Translations under genes and position numbers: made by a program
Origin: a virus
Direction: 5' to 3' (one strand)
Virus record (IMG/VR): IMGVR_UViG_3300032296_003403
Span: 7,300 to 71,299 of that record
Length of the DNA stretch: 64,000 bases
Shown here: positions 29,678-38,590 of the stretch, piece by piece
Layout of the letters: each line of letters begins with the position of its first letter
Numbering within the stretch: the stretch's first letter is position 1
Notes under the pieces: generated by a model
The model's input: the letters and a program-made list of their open reading frames with translations, nothing else
What the model was told of the DNA's origin: nothing
Databases searched by the model: none

Positions 29678-30937
29678 TTATATCATTTTTTCGTATGGGG
29701 CACTCCATGTTTTATCCTCATCAAAAAGATACATTACTATTTTAGCAGGTTTGTCTATTGTCTCTATTGATATTGTATACTTATTTAGATCAAAATTTAC
29801 ATAACTAGGCTCTCTTTCTATAGTAAAATCTTTTCTATATAATTCGACTCCTGATCTAGTCTGTACTCCTAATGTTAAAAACTTAGGCTTTTCAAATTCA
29901 AATTTTTTAAAGAACTCTGTATCCCATTCTAAATTTAAATTATACTTTGTAGTTATAAATTGATTTTCCCAATCAACAGGATTTGGCGGTTCTTTAACTT
30001 TTAAAGTATAGTCTTGTATTCTGCAATTTTTAAAATCAAATCCTCCATATACTTCATAATCATGTAAAGTTCTCACATCTCCTAACCCATATATGCCCAT
30101 ATCTATTCCATGATTTTCTTGACCAAATAACTGTCTGGTTTTGTTCCTGGCATATACATCCCTTTCGCCTGAGGTCTTTTTAGTTGGGCTTTCAGTTCCA
30201 TGATCTTCCCAATGTTTCTTGCGATAGTTTCTAGTATACTCATGCCACATTACTAGTCTATATGGACTATAAAAATCATATCCTTTAGTGAATGCTCTTA
30301 CACTCAAAGTAGTTTCCTCAGTATAGCCTCCAAAATAAATGTCAGGATCATATGGAACTTCGTTTACAAAATTACCTTCCGTAAAATAAAAGTGACCGCT
30401 TATTGTTCTAGCTTTTATAACCCTAGTTCTATCTTTATAATCTTGAATGTACCAAGGCATACTCATTAATAATCTGTCTGCTGAGAACTCATACTGGGAC
30501 ATTAGACTCGGAGTATTTTCGTATTTGCATGAACACTCTTGAGGATTAAATGGAGTACAATAAGTAGTTATTACAGGTTTTTCTGATGTTTCTAAAGCCT
30601 GATTATAATCTTCAAGAAGTATTTCATCCCAATTTTCTACAAATCTATGATGGCTATCTATTTGTAATGTATACTTTTCCCCTTCATATAAACTGTTAGT
30701 AACATTTCTAGCCCACCCTAATCCTTGACTTTCGGAATAGTGATACTTTTTCACTCTAAAATTTGGTAAATGATCAAAAGTGTCTGTTTTTTCAGATTCA
30801 TCATATTGCCAACAAATTCCAAAAGTAAGCCTATCTGGATACTTGGCTTTTTCTATCATGTCGTTCACGGTGGGCAACAACTCCGGATCTCTATAACTTG
30901 CTATCTGAACAAAAACTTTATTATTTTCTAAGCTCAT
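29678..30937 (-). CDS. GT60-like polypeptide/hydroxyproline O-GlcNAc transferase (Pfam GlcNAc family)
   Basis: VFVQIASYRDPEL, GICWQ, SQGLGWAR, LQIDSHHRF..NWD, SGHFYF, VPYDP.IYF.G.EE and RAFTKGYD. Confidence 0.85.
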   Translation of the reverse strand: MSLENNKVFVQIASYRDPELLPTVNDMIEKAKYPDRLTFGICWQYDESEKTDTFDHLPNFRVKKYHYSESQGLGWARNVTNSLYEGEKYTLQIDSHHRFVENWDEILLEDYNQALETSEKPVITTYCTPFNPQECSCKYENTPSLMSQYEFSADRLLMSMPWYIQDYKDRTRVIKARTISGHFYFTEGNFVNEVPYDPDIYFGGYTEETTLSVRAFTKGYDFYSPYRLVMWHEYTRNYRKKHWEDHGTESPTKKTSGERDVYARNKTRQLFGQENHGIDMGIYGLGDVRTLHDYEVYGGFDFKNCRIQDYTLKVKEPPNPVDWENQFITTKYNLNLEWDTEFFKKFEFEKPKFLTLGVQTRSGVELYRKDFTIEREPSYVNFDLNKYTISIETIDKPAKIVMYLFDEDKTWSAPYEKMI

Positions 30938-30950
30938 ATACTACTTTTTA

Positions 30951-30958
30951 CAAAGCTA
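30951..30958 (-). promoter_or_regulatory. Bacteroidota-type -7 element (TAGCTTTG) heading the glycosyltransferase operon
   Basis: TAnnTTTG 13 nt upstream of the ATG at 30937. Confidence 0.5.
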
Positions 30959-31001
30959 AAAAACTTTTTTTGTATAATAAAACTAATTATTTATTGTTTA
31001 A

Positions 31002-33347
31002 TTATGGAGGAGTACAAAGTGTTCCAGGAGTTGTAGAAAGTGTCCATGTGCTTTGTGAAACTGCGGTCTGGTCATTTCCTGGGCCTGTCAATATGTAGAT
31101 GGCCTGGGTTTCCTGGATACATATAGGATCGCTTGGTGTGGTAGTGCCTCTTGCTATAGTAGTAGTGCCAGTACCGCCACAAGCCTTATACTGGAAGTAT
31201 ACATTACCATCATTTGAAGCATCGATGTTTGCTTGATCTGCTGTAGCTACCCATAAATAACAAACAGGAGTCTCTGTTGGTGTAGGTGTAGGAGTGCTAG
31301 TAGGTTCAGGAGTAGGTGTAGGAGTGTTAGTAGGTTCAGGAGTTGAGGTAGGAGTAGATGTTGGAGTAGGGGTAGGTGTTGCTGTAGGTACTGGTGTACA
31401 ATCGCCAGCTCCCATACAAGAAGTTCCTAAGTAGGTCTTAATTACTATATCAGATCCTCCCGAACATGAACTAGGTGATGCACCTGTATATGTTCCAAGT
31501 ATACTATTTCCTGTATTCGCCTGTATACATATTACAGATGTTTCTCCTCCTGAGCCTGCTGGTCCTAAATTAGTGAAAGTTGCAGTACCATCTCTGTAAA
31601 TGTAAGATACACACAAATAATCAGTACTTGAACTATTAGTTATTTGCCAACAATCACCTGGTGTTGGAGTGGGAGTAACGGTGGGGTCAGGGGTTACAGT
31701 TGGAGTTGAGGTAGGAGTAGATGTCGGGGTAGCAGTAGGAGTTGCTGTTGGAGTAGGAGTTGGGACACATCCTCCACAAGGGGTGTTACCTTTATTCCAA
31801 GTAATACAATCTACATTTGTATTGTCACAAACAGTATCATTTGTATAAACAGATCCATCTTGGGCACAAGTTATATAGGTAGTGTTGCCATTCCCAGAAC
31901 AAATTATACTTGTGTTATTTCCAGCACAATCAGTATAGTATACAGTTTTACTTATTGAATAATAGTTTGTTACTTCATATTGATAACAACAAAGTGGAGT
32001 AGGAGTAGGAGTACTAGTAGGTGTTTCAGTCGGAGTATTAGTTGGAGTAGGAGTAGGAGTATCTGTTGGAGTAGGAGTTATAGTAGGTGTATTTGTAGGA
32101 GTGTTAGTTGGAGTAGGTGTTGGAGTTTCAGTAGGAGTATTAGTTGGCGTAGGTGTAGCTGTTGGAGGTTCAGGAGTAGGGGTGTTAGTAGCAGTAGGAG
32201 TTGCTGTTGGAGTAGGAGTATCTGTTGGAGTAGGAGTTATAGTAGGTGTAGCTGTTGGAGGTTCAGGAGTAGGAGTCGGTGTTTCAGTTGGTGTATTAGT
32301 TGGCGTAGATGTAGGAGTAGGTGTAGCAGTATCTGTTGGAGTAGGAGTCGGTGTTTCAGTTGGAGTATTTGTAGGAGTATTTGTAGGAGTATTAGTTGGA
32401 GTAGGAGTAGGAGTATCTGTTGGAGTTGAAGTTGGAGTAGGGGTACTAGTAGGCTCAGGAGTTGGAGTTAAAGTCGGAGTTGGTGTTGGTGTTGGAGAAT
32501 CTCCACAAGTTCCAGGACTTACAGAAGAACAAACACTTACTGATTGAACTACTCCATTAGAATCTATCAGTACAGAATACCCATTTCCTAAAGATCCAAC
32601 TCTAGTAATTCTATGATAATCATTTAGACCCCCCTGTAAAGTATTTCCAGAAGTGTCTGAGTATAATTGTTTGCCTACTAACTCATTAGGACCATCAACT
32701 AAAGCATATGCAAAAACTCCTACAGTTACTGTAGAATCGCACGCTTCACCGCAAGTTCCAAACCCAGCCGCTGACACTAAATAAGCATAGTACACAGGAG
32801 TGGCGGTTGGTGTGGCTGTTGGAGTGTTAGTAGGTGTAGGGGTGCTAGTTGGAGTAGAAGTAGGAGTATTTGTAGGAGTATTAGTTGGAGTGGATGTAGG
32901 AGTATTAGTTGGAGTTGAAGTTGGTGTATTAGTAGGGGTAGGAGTACTGGTTGGCGTATTAGTTGGGGTAGGTGTAGGAGTCTCTGTTGGAGTAGGAGTT
33001 GGCGTATCAGTTGGCATTACAAAAGGAGCAGTGGGGGTAGGCGTAGAGGTAGGAGTGTTGGTAGGCGTAGCCGTAGGAGTTGGTGTTACAGTAGGAGTAG
33101 GAGTAGGAGTGTGAGTTGGAGTTATAGCACACGGAACAGATATATTAACATATTCCGCACAATCATCTGTAGATAACACTTTTACATACAAAGTAGTATC
33201 TGGCACACTGGTTACATATCCAGACACTAGCTGAGATCTAGTAACCCCTGTCTCAAACGGAGTTACTAAGTCAGTATCTAAATACAGATCAAAAGGACCT
33301 GCGTTAGCGGCTACTGAAGTTAGTGTTATTTTTATATACTGTGCCAA
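31002..33347 (-). CDS. Mucin-like Pro/Thr-repeat virion protein with Cys-rich domains
   Basis: TTG start; shared [16 protein letters not shown]-domain; four long PT tracts alternating with small Cys-rich domains. Confidence 0.8.
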   Translation of the reverse strand: MAQYIKITLTSVAANAGPFDLYLDTDLVTPFETGVTRSQLVSGYVTSVPDTTLYVKVLSTDDCAEYVNISVPCAITPTHTPTPTPTVTPTPTATPTNTPTSTPTPTAPFVMPTDTPTPTPTETPTPTPTNTPTSTPTPTNTPTSTPTNTPTSTPTNTPTNTPTSTPTSTPTPTNTPTATPTATPVYYAYLVSAAGFGTCGEACDSTVTVGVFAYALVDGPNELVGKQLYSDTSGNTLQGGLNDYHRITRVGSLGNGYSVLIDSNGVVQSVSVCSSVSPGTCGDSPTPTPTPTLTPTPEPTSTPTPTSTPTDTPTPTPTNTPTNTPTNTPTETPTPTPTDTATPTPTSTPTNTPTETPTPTPEPPTATPTITPTPTDTPTPTATPTATNTPTPEPPTATPTPTNTPTETPTPTPTNTPTNTPTITPTPTDTPTPTPTNTPTETPTSTPTPTPLCCYQYEVTNYYSISKTVYYTDCAGNNTSIICSGNGNTTYITCAQDGSVYTNDTVCDNTNVDCITWNKGNTPCGGCVPTPTPTATPTATPTSTPTSTPTVTPDPTVTPTPTPGDCWQITNSSSTDYLCVSYIYRDGTATFTNLGPAGSGGETSVICIQANTGNSILGTYTGASPSSCSGGSDIVIKTYLGTSCMGAGDCTPVPTATPTPTPTSTPTSTPEPTNTPTPTPEPTSTPTPTPTETPVCYLWVATADQANIDASNDGNVYFQYKACGGTGTTTIARGTTTPSDPICIQETQAIYILTGPGNDQTAVSQSTWTLSTTPGTLCTPP

Positions 33348-33408
33348 TTTTTATATGCCGTCTTTTTATAAATACTTTTTAATATGCAAATATACTTTTT
33401 TTATTTAA

Positions 33409-34692
33409 TTAACAAGGCGCCCCTGTACATCCACAATCTAAATATTCTATGTAACTTCCACAACTTCCATCAGCTCTTATTATATACCTCTGCCCTCCTA
33501 ATCCATAGCATGGATTTCCGCTATCACAATTTGCTGTTGCGTTACAAAGAACATCACTTAATTGTGTTCCATAAGCAGGACATGGAGTAGGTGTCGGAGT
33601 ACTAGTAGGAGTTGGAGTCACCGTAGGAGTAGATGTTGGAGTAGGTGTTGGAGTAGAAGTAGGGGTAGGTGTTACTGTTGGAGTAGAAGTAGGGGTAGGT
33701 GTTGCTGTTGGAGTAGGCGTTACTGTGGGAGTAGGTGTAGGTGTTGGTTCTAAAACACATTCTATTGTTCCTACTAACGGTTCACAATTAATTTTAACAT
33801 CAATTTCAAAGTTACAAGGAGGAAGAATAACTGATATTTTGATTTTTGCATAGTTAGATTCTAAACTACACAAGCTAGAACTGCTATATGTAGAGAACTT
33901 ATAATATGTTTCATAGGTTGATATGGCAGATCCAGAAAAAGCAACTGTTCCGTCTCCCACAGCAGAAAAAAATGAAGAATCAGATCCAGATATTATTATG
34001 GAACCAGTTAAAGCAGTCCAACCTCTTGTATTGTCATTTAAAAGAGGATTGAATAGATATGGTACTTGAGACCGCCTTATTACATATGTATCATCTTTTG
34101 CAAAAGGAGGTAAAGGAAAAATATTTTGGTAATCGGGATTAGTTACAATAACTAGTCCGTGTTCATAAAAAATATTACCTACTAAAGTATCTGGGGATGT
34201 TAAAGTATCGTAAACATTTCCTTTTCCATCATCTTGAAGATTATAAAAAGAAGTGGATATGTTAAAAGACAGTTTTTTAACAGATTGTCCGTAAACTTCT
34301 TTTGATATAGATAATACTTTTATCTCTGCATTAGATCCTGTAGGGAATTCTTTTACCATATACCCCACAGGAGTATAATCAACATACGAAGAAGATGCCC
34401 TATATACAGAGGCATCTGCATAGAATATAGATTCCAGATTTAAACTATTATCTAGCAGAGATCCGGAAAACTCTTGATAATAAAGGTGATTTATGGAATT
34501 AAATACGAATCTGTCATATTCATTGTTTGTTTTGACATCATTATAGCTGTCAAATAAACTTGAAGTCTTTACTCCATTAAATACTCTGATTCCGTAAGAA
34601 CTTAGATCACAAACGCTTATACCCCACTCCTTATTAGCGATGTAAGGAGTGCTAACTACATCTGACTTATATAAACGTTTGTATGCTGACAT
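33409..34692 (-). CDS. Tail/baseplate structural protein N-terminal part plus Ig-like/PT-repeat/Cys-rich extension
   Basis: SINHLYY, LQDDGKGN, VGNIFYEHGLVIVT, then PFAKDD Ig-like start, a PT tract and a Cys-rich tip. Confidence 0.7.
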   Translation of the reverse strand: MSAYKRLYKSDVVSTPYIANKEWGISVCDLSSYGIRVFNGVKTSSLFDSYNDVKTNNEYDRFVFNSINHLYYQEFSGSLLDNSLNLESIFYADASVYRASSSYVDYTPVGYMVKEFPTGSNAEIKVLSISKEVYGQSVKKLSFNISTSFYNLQDDGKGNVYDTLTSPDTLVGNIFYEHGLVIVTNPDYQNIFPLPPFAKDDTYVIRRSQVPYLFNPLLNDNTRGWTALTGSIIISGSDSSFFSAVGDGTVAFSGSAISTYETYYKFSTYSSSSLCSLESNYAKIKISVILPPCNFEIDVKINCEPLVGTIECVLEPTPTPTPTVTPTPTATPTPTSTPTVTPTPTSTPTPTPTSTPTVTPTPTSTPTPTPCPAYGTQLSDVLCNATANCDSGNPCYGLGGQRYIIRADGSCGSYIEYLDCGCTGAPC

Positions 34693-34709
34693 ATGTAGTC
34701 ATGGAGAAT

Positions 34710-35780
34710 TTAAAATTCTAACTTGACTCTACATGTTATCTGCTTAGTAAAATCTTTTGGAAGAGGTTTACTCAATTTAGCAACAGCTAAAAGTTCGTTA
34801 GCATCATTATATAGTCCTATAGTTGTTGGAAATACTTGAGGGCTGTCTATAAGGACAGGGTATAGTATGTTACCGTTATTATCAATTATAGAAGGATTAG
34901 TTGTATAATTAAGCTGGGAGCTCTTAGCATTTACGAAGAAATACCTAGCAGAAATTGTTTCTTGACTATTAGCTTTAAATGATTGTCCGTTATTTATTAA
35001 CTTAAACAATCTATCAGTATTTAAATTATATGGAGAAGAATAAGAGCTAGCAGCAGTTTCATCTACTGTCATACCTATACCTCCATTAGCATAAGAAAGA
35101 GACAAAGCTCTTGGATTGAGAATATAAACTCCCATATCTGGAAGGAATATGCCGTAGCTTCCGCTATTTGTTTGGATTGCTGTGCTGTTATAACTATTCC
35201 CGTTTGATCCACTAACTATATAATAAAACCTATTACCTGCAACATAGTTAGTTGTGGTGGAATCTTTGCTATTATCAGTTAAATACAAGTAATCAGAGCC
35301 ATTTCTCAGGGTCAAGTTCCAGGTACCAGCATTTATTTTTTCTTTGTACCTAGATCTATTAACACTTACTACCATTATGTCCCTAGAATACCCAGCTGTT
35401 GCCCCTGCTATTGGTGCGCAAGAAGATCCAACATTGGCGCTTCCTCCAAAATTAAAAACAGCCGATTCATCCCCGTATACCAAATTCCTATACTGTCCAT
35501 AAATGTCTCTAGTAGGAGACTTCTCATTTACTAATGAATTAAAAAGTGCAGACCCACTTCCGGATATGTGTCCATATGCCAAAGAATATTGAACCTCGGA
35601 ACCACTAGTTCCTAATGGAAGGTTATACACACTCAAATAGTACTTACCACTTACGCTGGCTTGTTGAGTACTAGAAGTAAAAGAAGAAGTTAAATTATAC
35701 ACATTTGATGTAAATAGCCCAGCTGTTATACTATCCGAGCTTATTACGCTATCATCTTCCTGAAATGCTATATAGGACAT
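34710..35780 (-). CDS. Tail/baseplate structural protein
   Basis: SPTRDIYGQYRNL, RSRYKEK..GTWNLTL, YGIFLPDMG and TTIGLYNDANELLAVAKLSKP. Confidence 0.7.
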   Translation of the reverse strand: MSYIAFQEDDSVISSDSITAGLFTSNVYNLTSSFTSSTQQASVSGKYYLSVYNLPLGTSGSEVQYSLAYGHISGSGSALFNSLVNEKSPTRDIYGQYRNLVYGDESAVFNFGGSANVGSSCAPIAGATAGYSRDIMVVSVNRSRYKEKINAGTWNLTLRNGSDYLYLTDNSKDSTTTNYVAGNRFYYIVSGSNGNSYNSTAIQTNSGSYGIFLPDMGVYILNPRALSLSYANGGIGMTVDETAASSYSSPYNLNTDRLFKLINNGQSFKANSQETISARYFFVNAKSSQLNYTTNPSIIDNNGNILYPVLIDSPQVFPTTIGLYNDANELLAVAKLSKPLPKDFTKQITCRVKLEF

Positions 35781-35783
35781 TTT

Positions 35784-36443
35784 TTATTTATTTTTAGTCA
35801 CTGTTAATGGTATGCTAATCCTAGCTCCTGAATCTCTTCCTGTTACGGTAACTGTAGTTGTAAGACTAGTTAAGGTGCTTCCGAATAGGGTATCTATAGT
35901 AGTACCTACAAGAGTAAAGGATGTTCCGATAGCTGTTTTACTAATCTGAGTACCTGTAGTTGTATTCAAATCTGAAATGCCTAAATTGGTCGTGTCTATT
36001 CCTATTCCAGTAAATGTAGACAACAATCTAGCATCCCCTACGGTAACCACATATCCACTAGGCTCGAATGTTGAGACAGCCCCCAAATAGTTTAAGGTTT
36101 GAGGAGTTATAACTAAAGAAGCAGCTTGCTTCAAAGTTATACTACTGTATCCAACATTGATAACTGGTAGCTTACTTGTACCCCTAGGGAGAGTAACCAG
36201 CTTGTATTTCATTATCTGAGTCTCGTCTGGAAAAGCCTCAAGCAAAGGCATATTTTCTATGGCTTCTCCGTAAAAAGCAGACCCAGAAGGGTGTTCTGGG
36301 TTATACAAAGTATAATCTACTTCATCGTCAGCCAAAGCAAATTGCGTAATTCTAAAAGATCCGTCATTTCTAGCCAAAAGTTCCCTTCCTTTTTTAGTAA
36401 GGATGGCATCTACAGTTACTATGACATTGTTTAAATATCCCAT
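35784..36443 (-). CDS. Tail/baseplate structural protein
   Basis: MGYL, VDAILTKKGRELLA, ITQFALADDEVDYTLY and MKYKLVTLP. Confidence 0.7.
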   Translation of the reverse strand: MGYLNNVIVTVDAILTKKGRELLARNDGSFRITQFALADDEVDYTLYNPEHPSGSAFYGEAIENMPLLEAFPDETQIMKYKLVTLPRGTSKLPVINVGYSSITLKQAASLVITPQTLNYLGAVSTFEPSGYVVTVGDARLLSTFTGIGIDTTNLGISDLNTTTGTQISKTAIGTSFTLVGTTIDTLFGSTLTSLTTTVTVTGRDSGARISIPLTVTKNK

Positions 36444-36487
36444 TTTCCTAATTTGTATATATAAATATTGTAATTTACTCTTTTATA

Positions 36488-38590
36488 CTATCCCACAACT
36501 AATACCTTAGAAAGGACTGTATCCTTCAATGGTGCCATTATATTACCTATATCTTTACGAATACTTTCCTCCAAATTAAAAGGCAAAACTACTGCATTTG
36601 AAGTCATTCCTTCTCTTTTTTTGAAATTAATCATCACACACGTTTCATCCGGAGTTTTTCTAAAAAAAGCAAAATTAGCACTAGAAATAGCATTTGGGAC
36701 AAACTCTTTATCTAACACTATTTGAAGGGGCCTTAAAACACTAAAATTGTTTCCTATTTGCTGAATTACTGGCTCTATTATTTCTAGTATGTAATAGTAA
36801 TCTGCGTTTACAGTAAAAAATTTAGTAAACCTTACTATATCATACTTTTTAAACTCAAAAGGATAATCTACAAAGCTATATAAATTAGCAATAGAATCTG
36901 GATTTTTTACATCTTGGGGCTCAAATATAACATTTTTATACAATAAAGAAGCGGAGTCGCTGAAAGTAATTGTTCTATTATCTGGCTCAGCTATAAAAAA
37001 GTCAGGATTTTGAGGTATAGTTACGTTACTTACCAAAGTAGTATTTGAGTTATTCAAATCAAAAACTTCAAAATAACTTTTAGAATCATCTCCAGAAGGA
37101 ACTTCAAAATAGATATTATCACTTCTTCTAAACAATGTAGTTACTTCTGCTAGATAGAACTTTAATCTTAATTTATCGTTTAAATTTAATTTTATTTTTT
37201 TATTTAAAAGTTGACATCTTCCCTCAAAATATTCGCTTATAAACCTTCCGTTTACTGTACCACTTATTGTATCTGCTGAGAAATATATAAAACTCTTACT
37301 TTCGTTTACTAACGCCCTAGTAGTGCCTGTAGCTTGTCTTCCTCCATTTGCTATTGGTATGTTGGTAGCAACAAAATTAGTATAGCCATAAGGGACTGGG
37401 CTTGATGAGTTTGTATAATCTAAATAATCCCAAGTAGAAGTTCCTGCTTTTTGGACTTCCAAAATTGCAACTATTTTTATTATAGAAGGTCCCTTTTCTT
37501 CCCCTCTTTCCCCAGGAGTTTCTGCATTTCTAGCCTTTATTTTTATCGGGATATCAACATTTACAGAATAGTCAGACAATCTAGGAGCTTGTACATAGGT
37601 ATACTTCTCCGAACTATTTTGAACAACCTGAAGTTTTCCTGTCATATCATTAGTTTGATACCCTCCTGCGCCTGCTGAAGTATCGCTAGGTAAAAAATAA
37701 TCGATAGTGAAAAAAGAAGGATTATCAGCAGTGTCATGAGCTCCTATATAACGGAATTGATTTAAATAGTCTTTATACTCAACATTCAAATATTCATATA
37801 AAGGTATTTGAGTATAAGGCCAGTTAACACTTTGAGCTATTGATAAAGATAAAGGCCCTGTCTGGTTTGTACCATTTACAGTAAATATTGTATCAGCTGA
37901 AGGGGTGCTACTAAATGCTGTGTTTGTATCTCCTATAGTTTTCCACACTATTGAGTTTGGACTTACAGCTCTCACTCCTAATCTATTAGTCGTGGTTGTT
38001 ACTGGATTTATGTAACTAAAATACATTGTTTCTCCGAGTTCCCTATATGCGAGGGGGGAATAGCTAAATCCGCCTTCAAATATAATCTTCTCACCGTCTA
38101 AAGTAGATTGGTTAGTTGGATTATACTTGTCCATTAAGGAGATAGTCACCTTATCTCCTTTTTTAAACATATTTTGTACTTCGAAAATATTATTATTAGC
38201 CGAGGATAACTCGGTTATTGACCCAGACTTGTCTATTAAAAATTTTATATTAACTACTGATTTGTCGTAAAAATTTAAATTTTTTTTGTTTATGTTATTA
38301 GAGAAAGCAAATTTTGATACGTTATAATCTACAGCTGCTGTTTTTCCGTAAGATGTATCTCCTTCTGTATAAAAATTATATTTAGCGCTAACTGTTTTAC
38401 ACCCATCATATCTTGGCAATGTATATCTAGGATCACTATAATTTTCGTCTAATAACTGGACAGGCTCTAATACTCCTGATTGATTGGGAGTTATTTTTTT
38501 GTATATATTTGATATAGCCGCCCCTGATACATTATTTAATAACGTATTGTAATCACTATGTTCAAAAGCATTTAAATCTATAGAAGTCAT
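36488..38590 (-). CDS. Large structural (baseplate/fibre) protein
   Basis: 700 aa, Asn/Thr/Ser-rich, within the baseplate operon. Confidence 0.6.
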   Translation of the reverse strand: MTSIDLNAFEHSDYNTLLNNVSGAAISNIYKKITPNQSGVLEPVQLLDENYSDPRYTLPRYDGCKTVSAKYNFYTEGDTSYGKTAAVDYNVSKFAFSNNINKKNLNFYDKSVVNIKFLIDKSGSITELSSANNNIFEVQNMFKKGDKVTISLMDKYNPTNQSTLDGEKIIFEGGFSYSPLAYRELGETMYFSYINPVTTTTNRLGVRAVSPNSIVWKTIGDTNTAFSSTPSADTIFTVNGTNQTGPLSLSIAQSVNWPYTQIPLYEYLNVEYKDYLNQFRYIGAHDTADNPSFFTIDYFLPSDTSAGAGGYQTNDMTGKLQVVQNSSEKYTYVQAPRLSDYSVNVDIPIKIKARNAETPGERGEEKGPSIIKIVAILEVQKAGTSTWDYLDYTNSSSPVPYGYTNFVATNIPIANGGRQATGTTRALVNESKSFIYFSADTISGTVNGRFISEYFEGRCQLLNKKIKLNLNDKLRLKFYLAEVTTLFRRSDNIYFEVPSGDDSKSYFEVFDLNNSNTTLVSNVTIPQNPDFFIAEPDNRTITFSDSASLLYKNVIFEPQDVKNPDSIANLYSFVDYPFEFKKYDIVRFTKFFTVNADYYYILEIIEPVIQQIGNNFSVLRPLQIVLDKEFVPNAISSANFAFFRKTPDETCVMINFKKREGMTSNAVVLPFNLEESIRKDIGNIMAPLKDTVLSKVLVVG

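Noticed and set aside
31980-33114. Plus-strand VGVGV/SRSW repeat ORFs
   Set aside because: Antisense shadows of the Pro-Thr repeat gene
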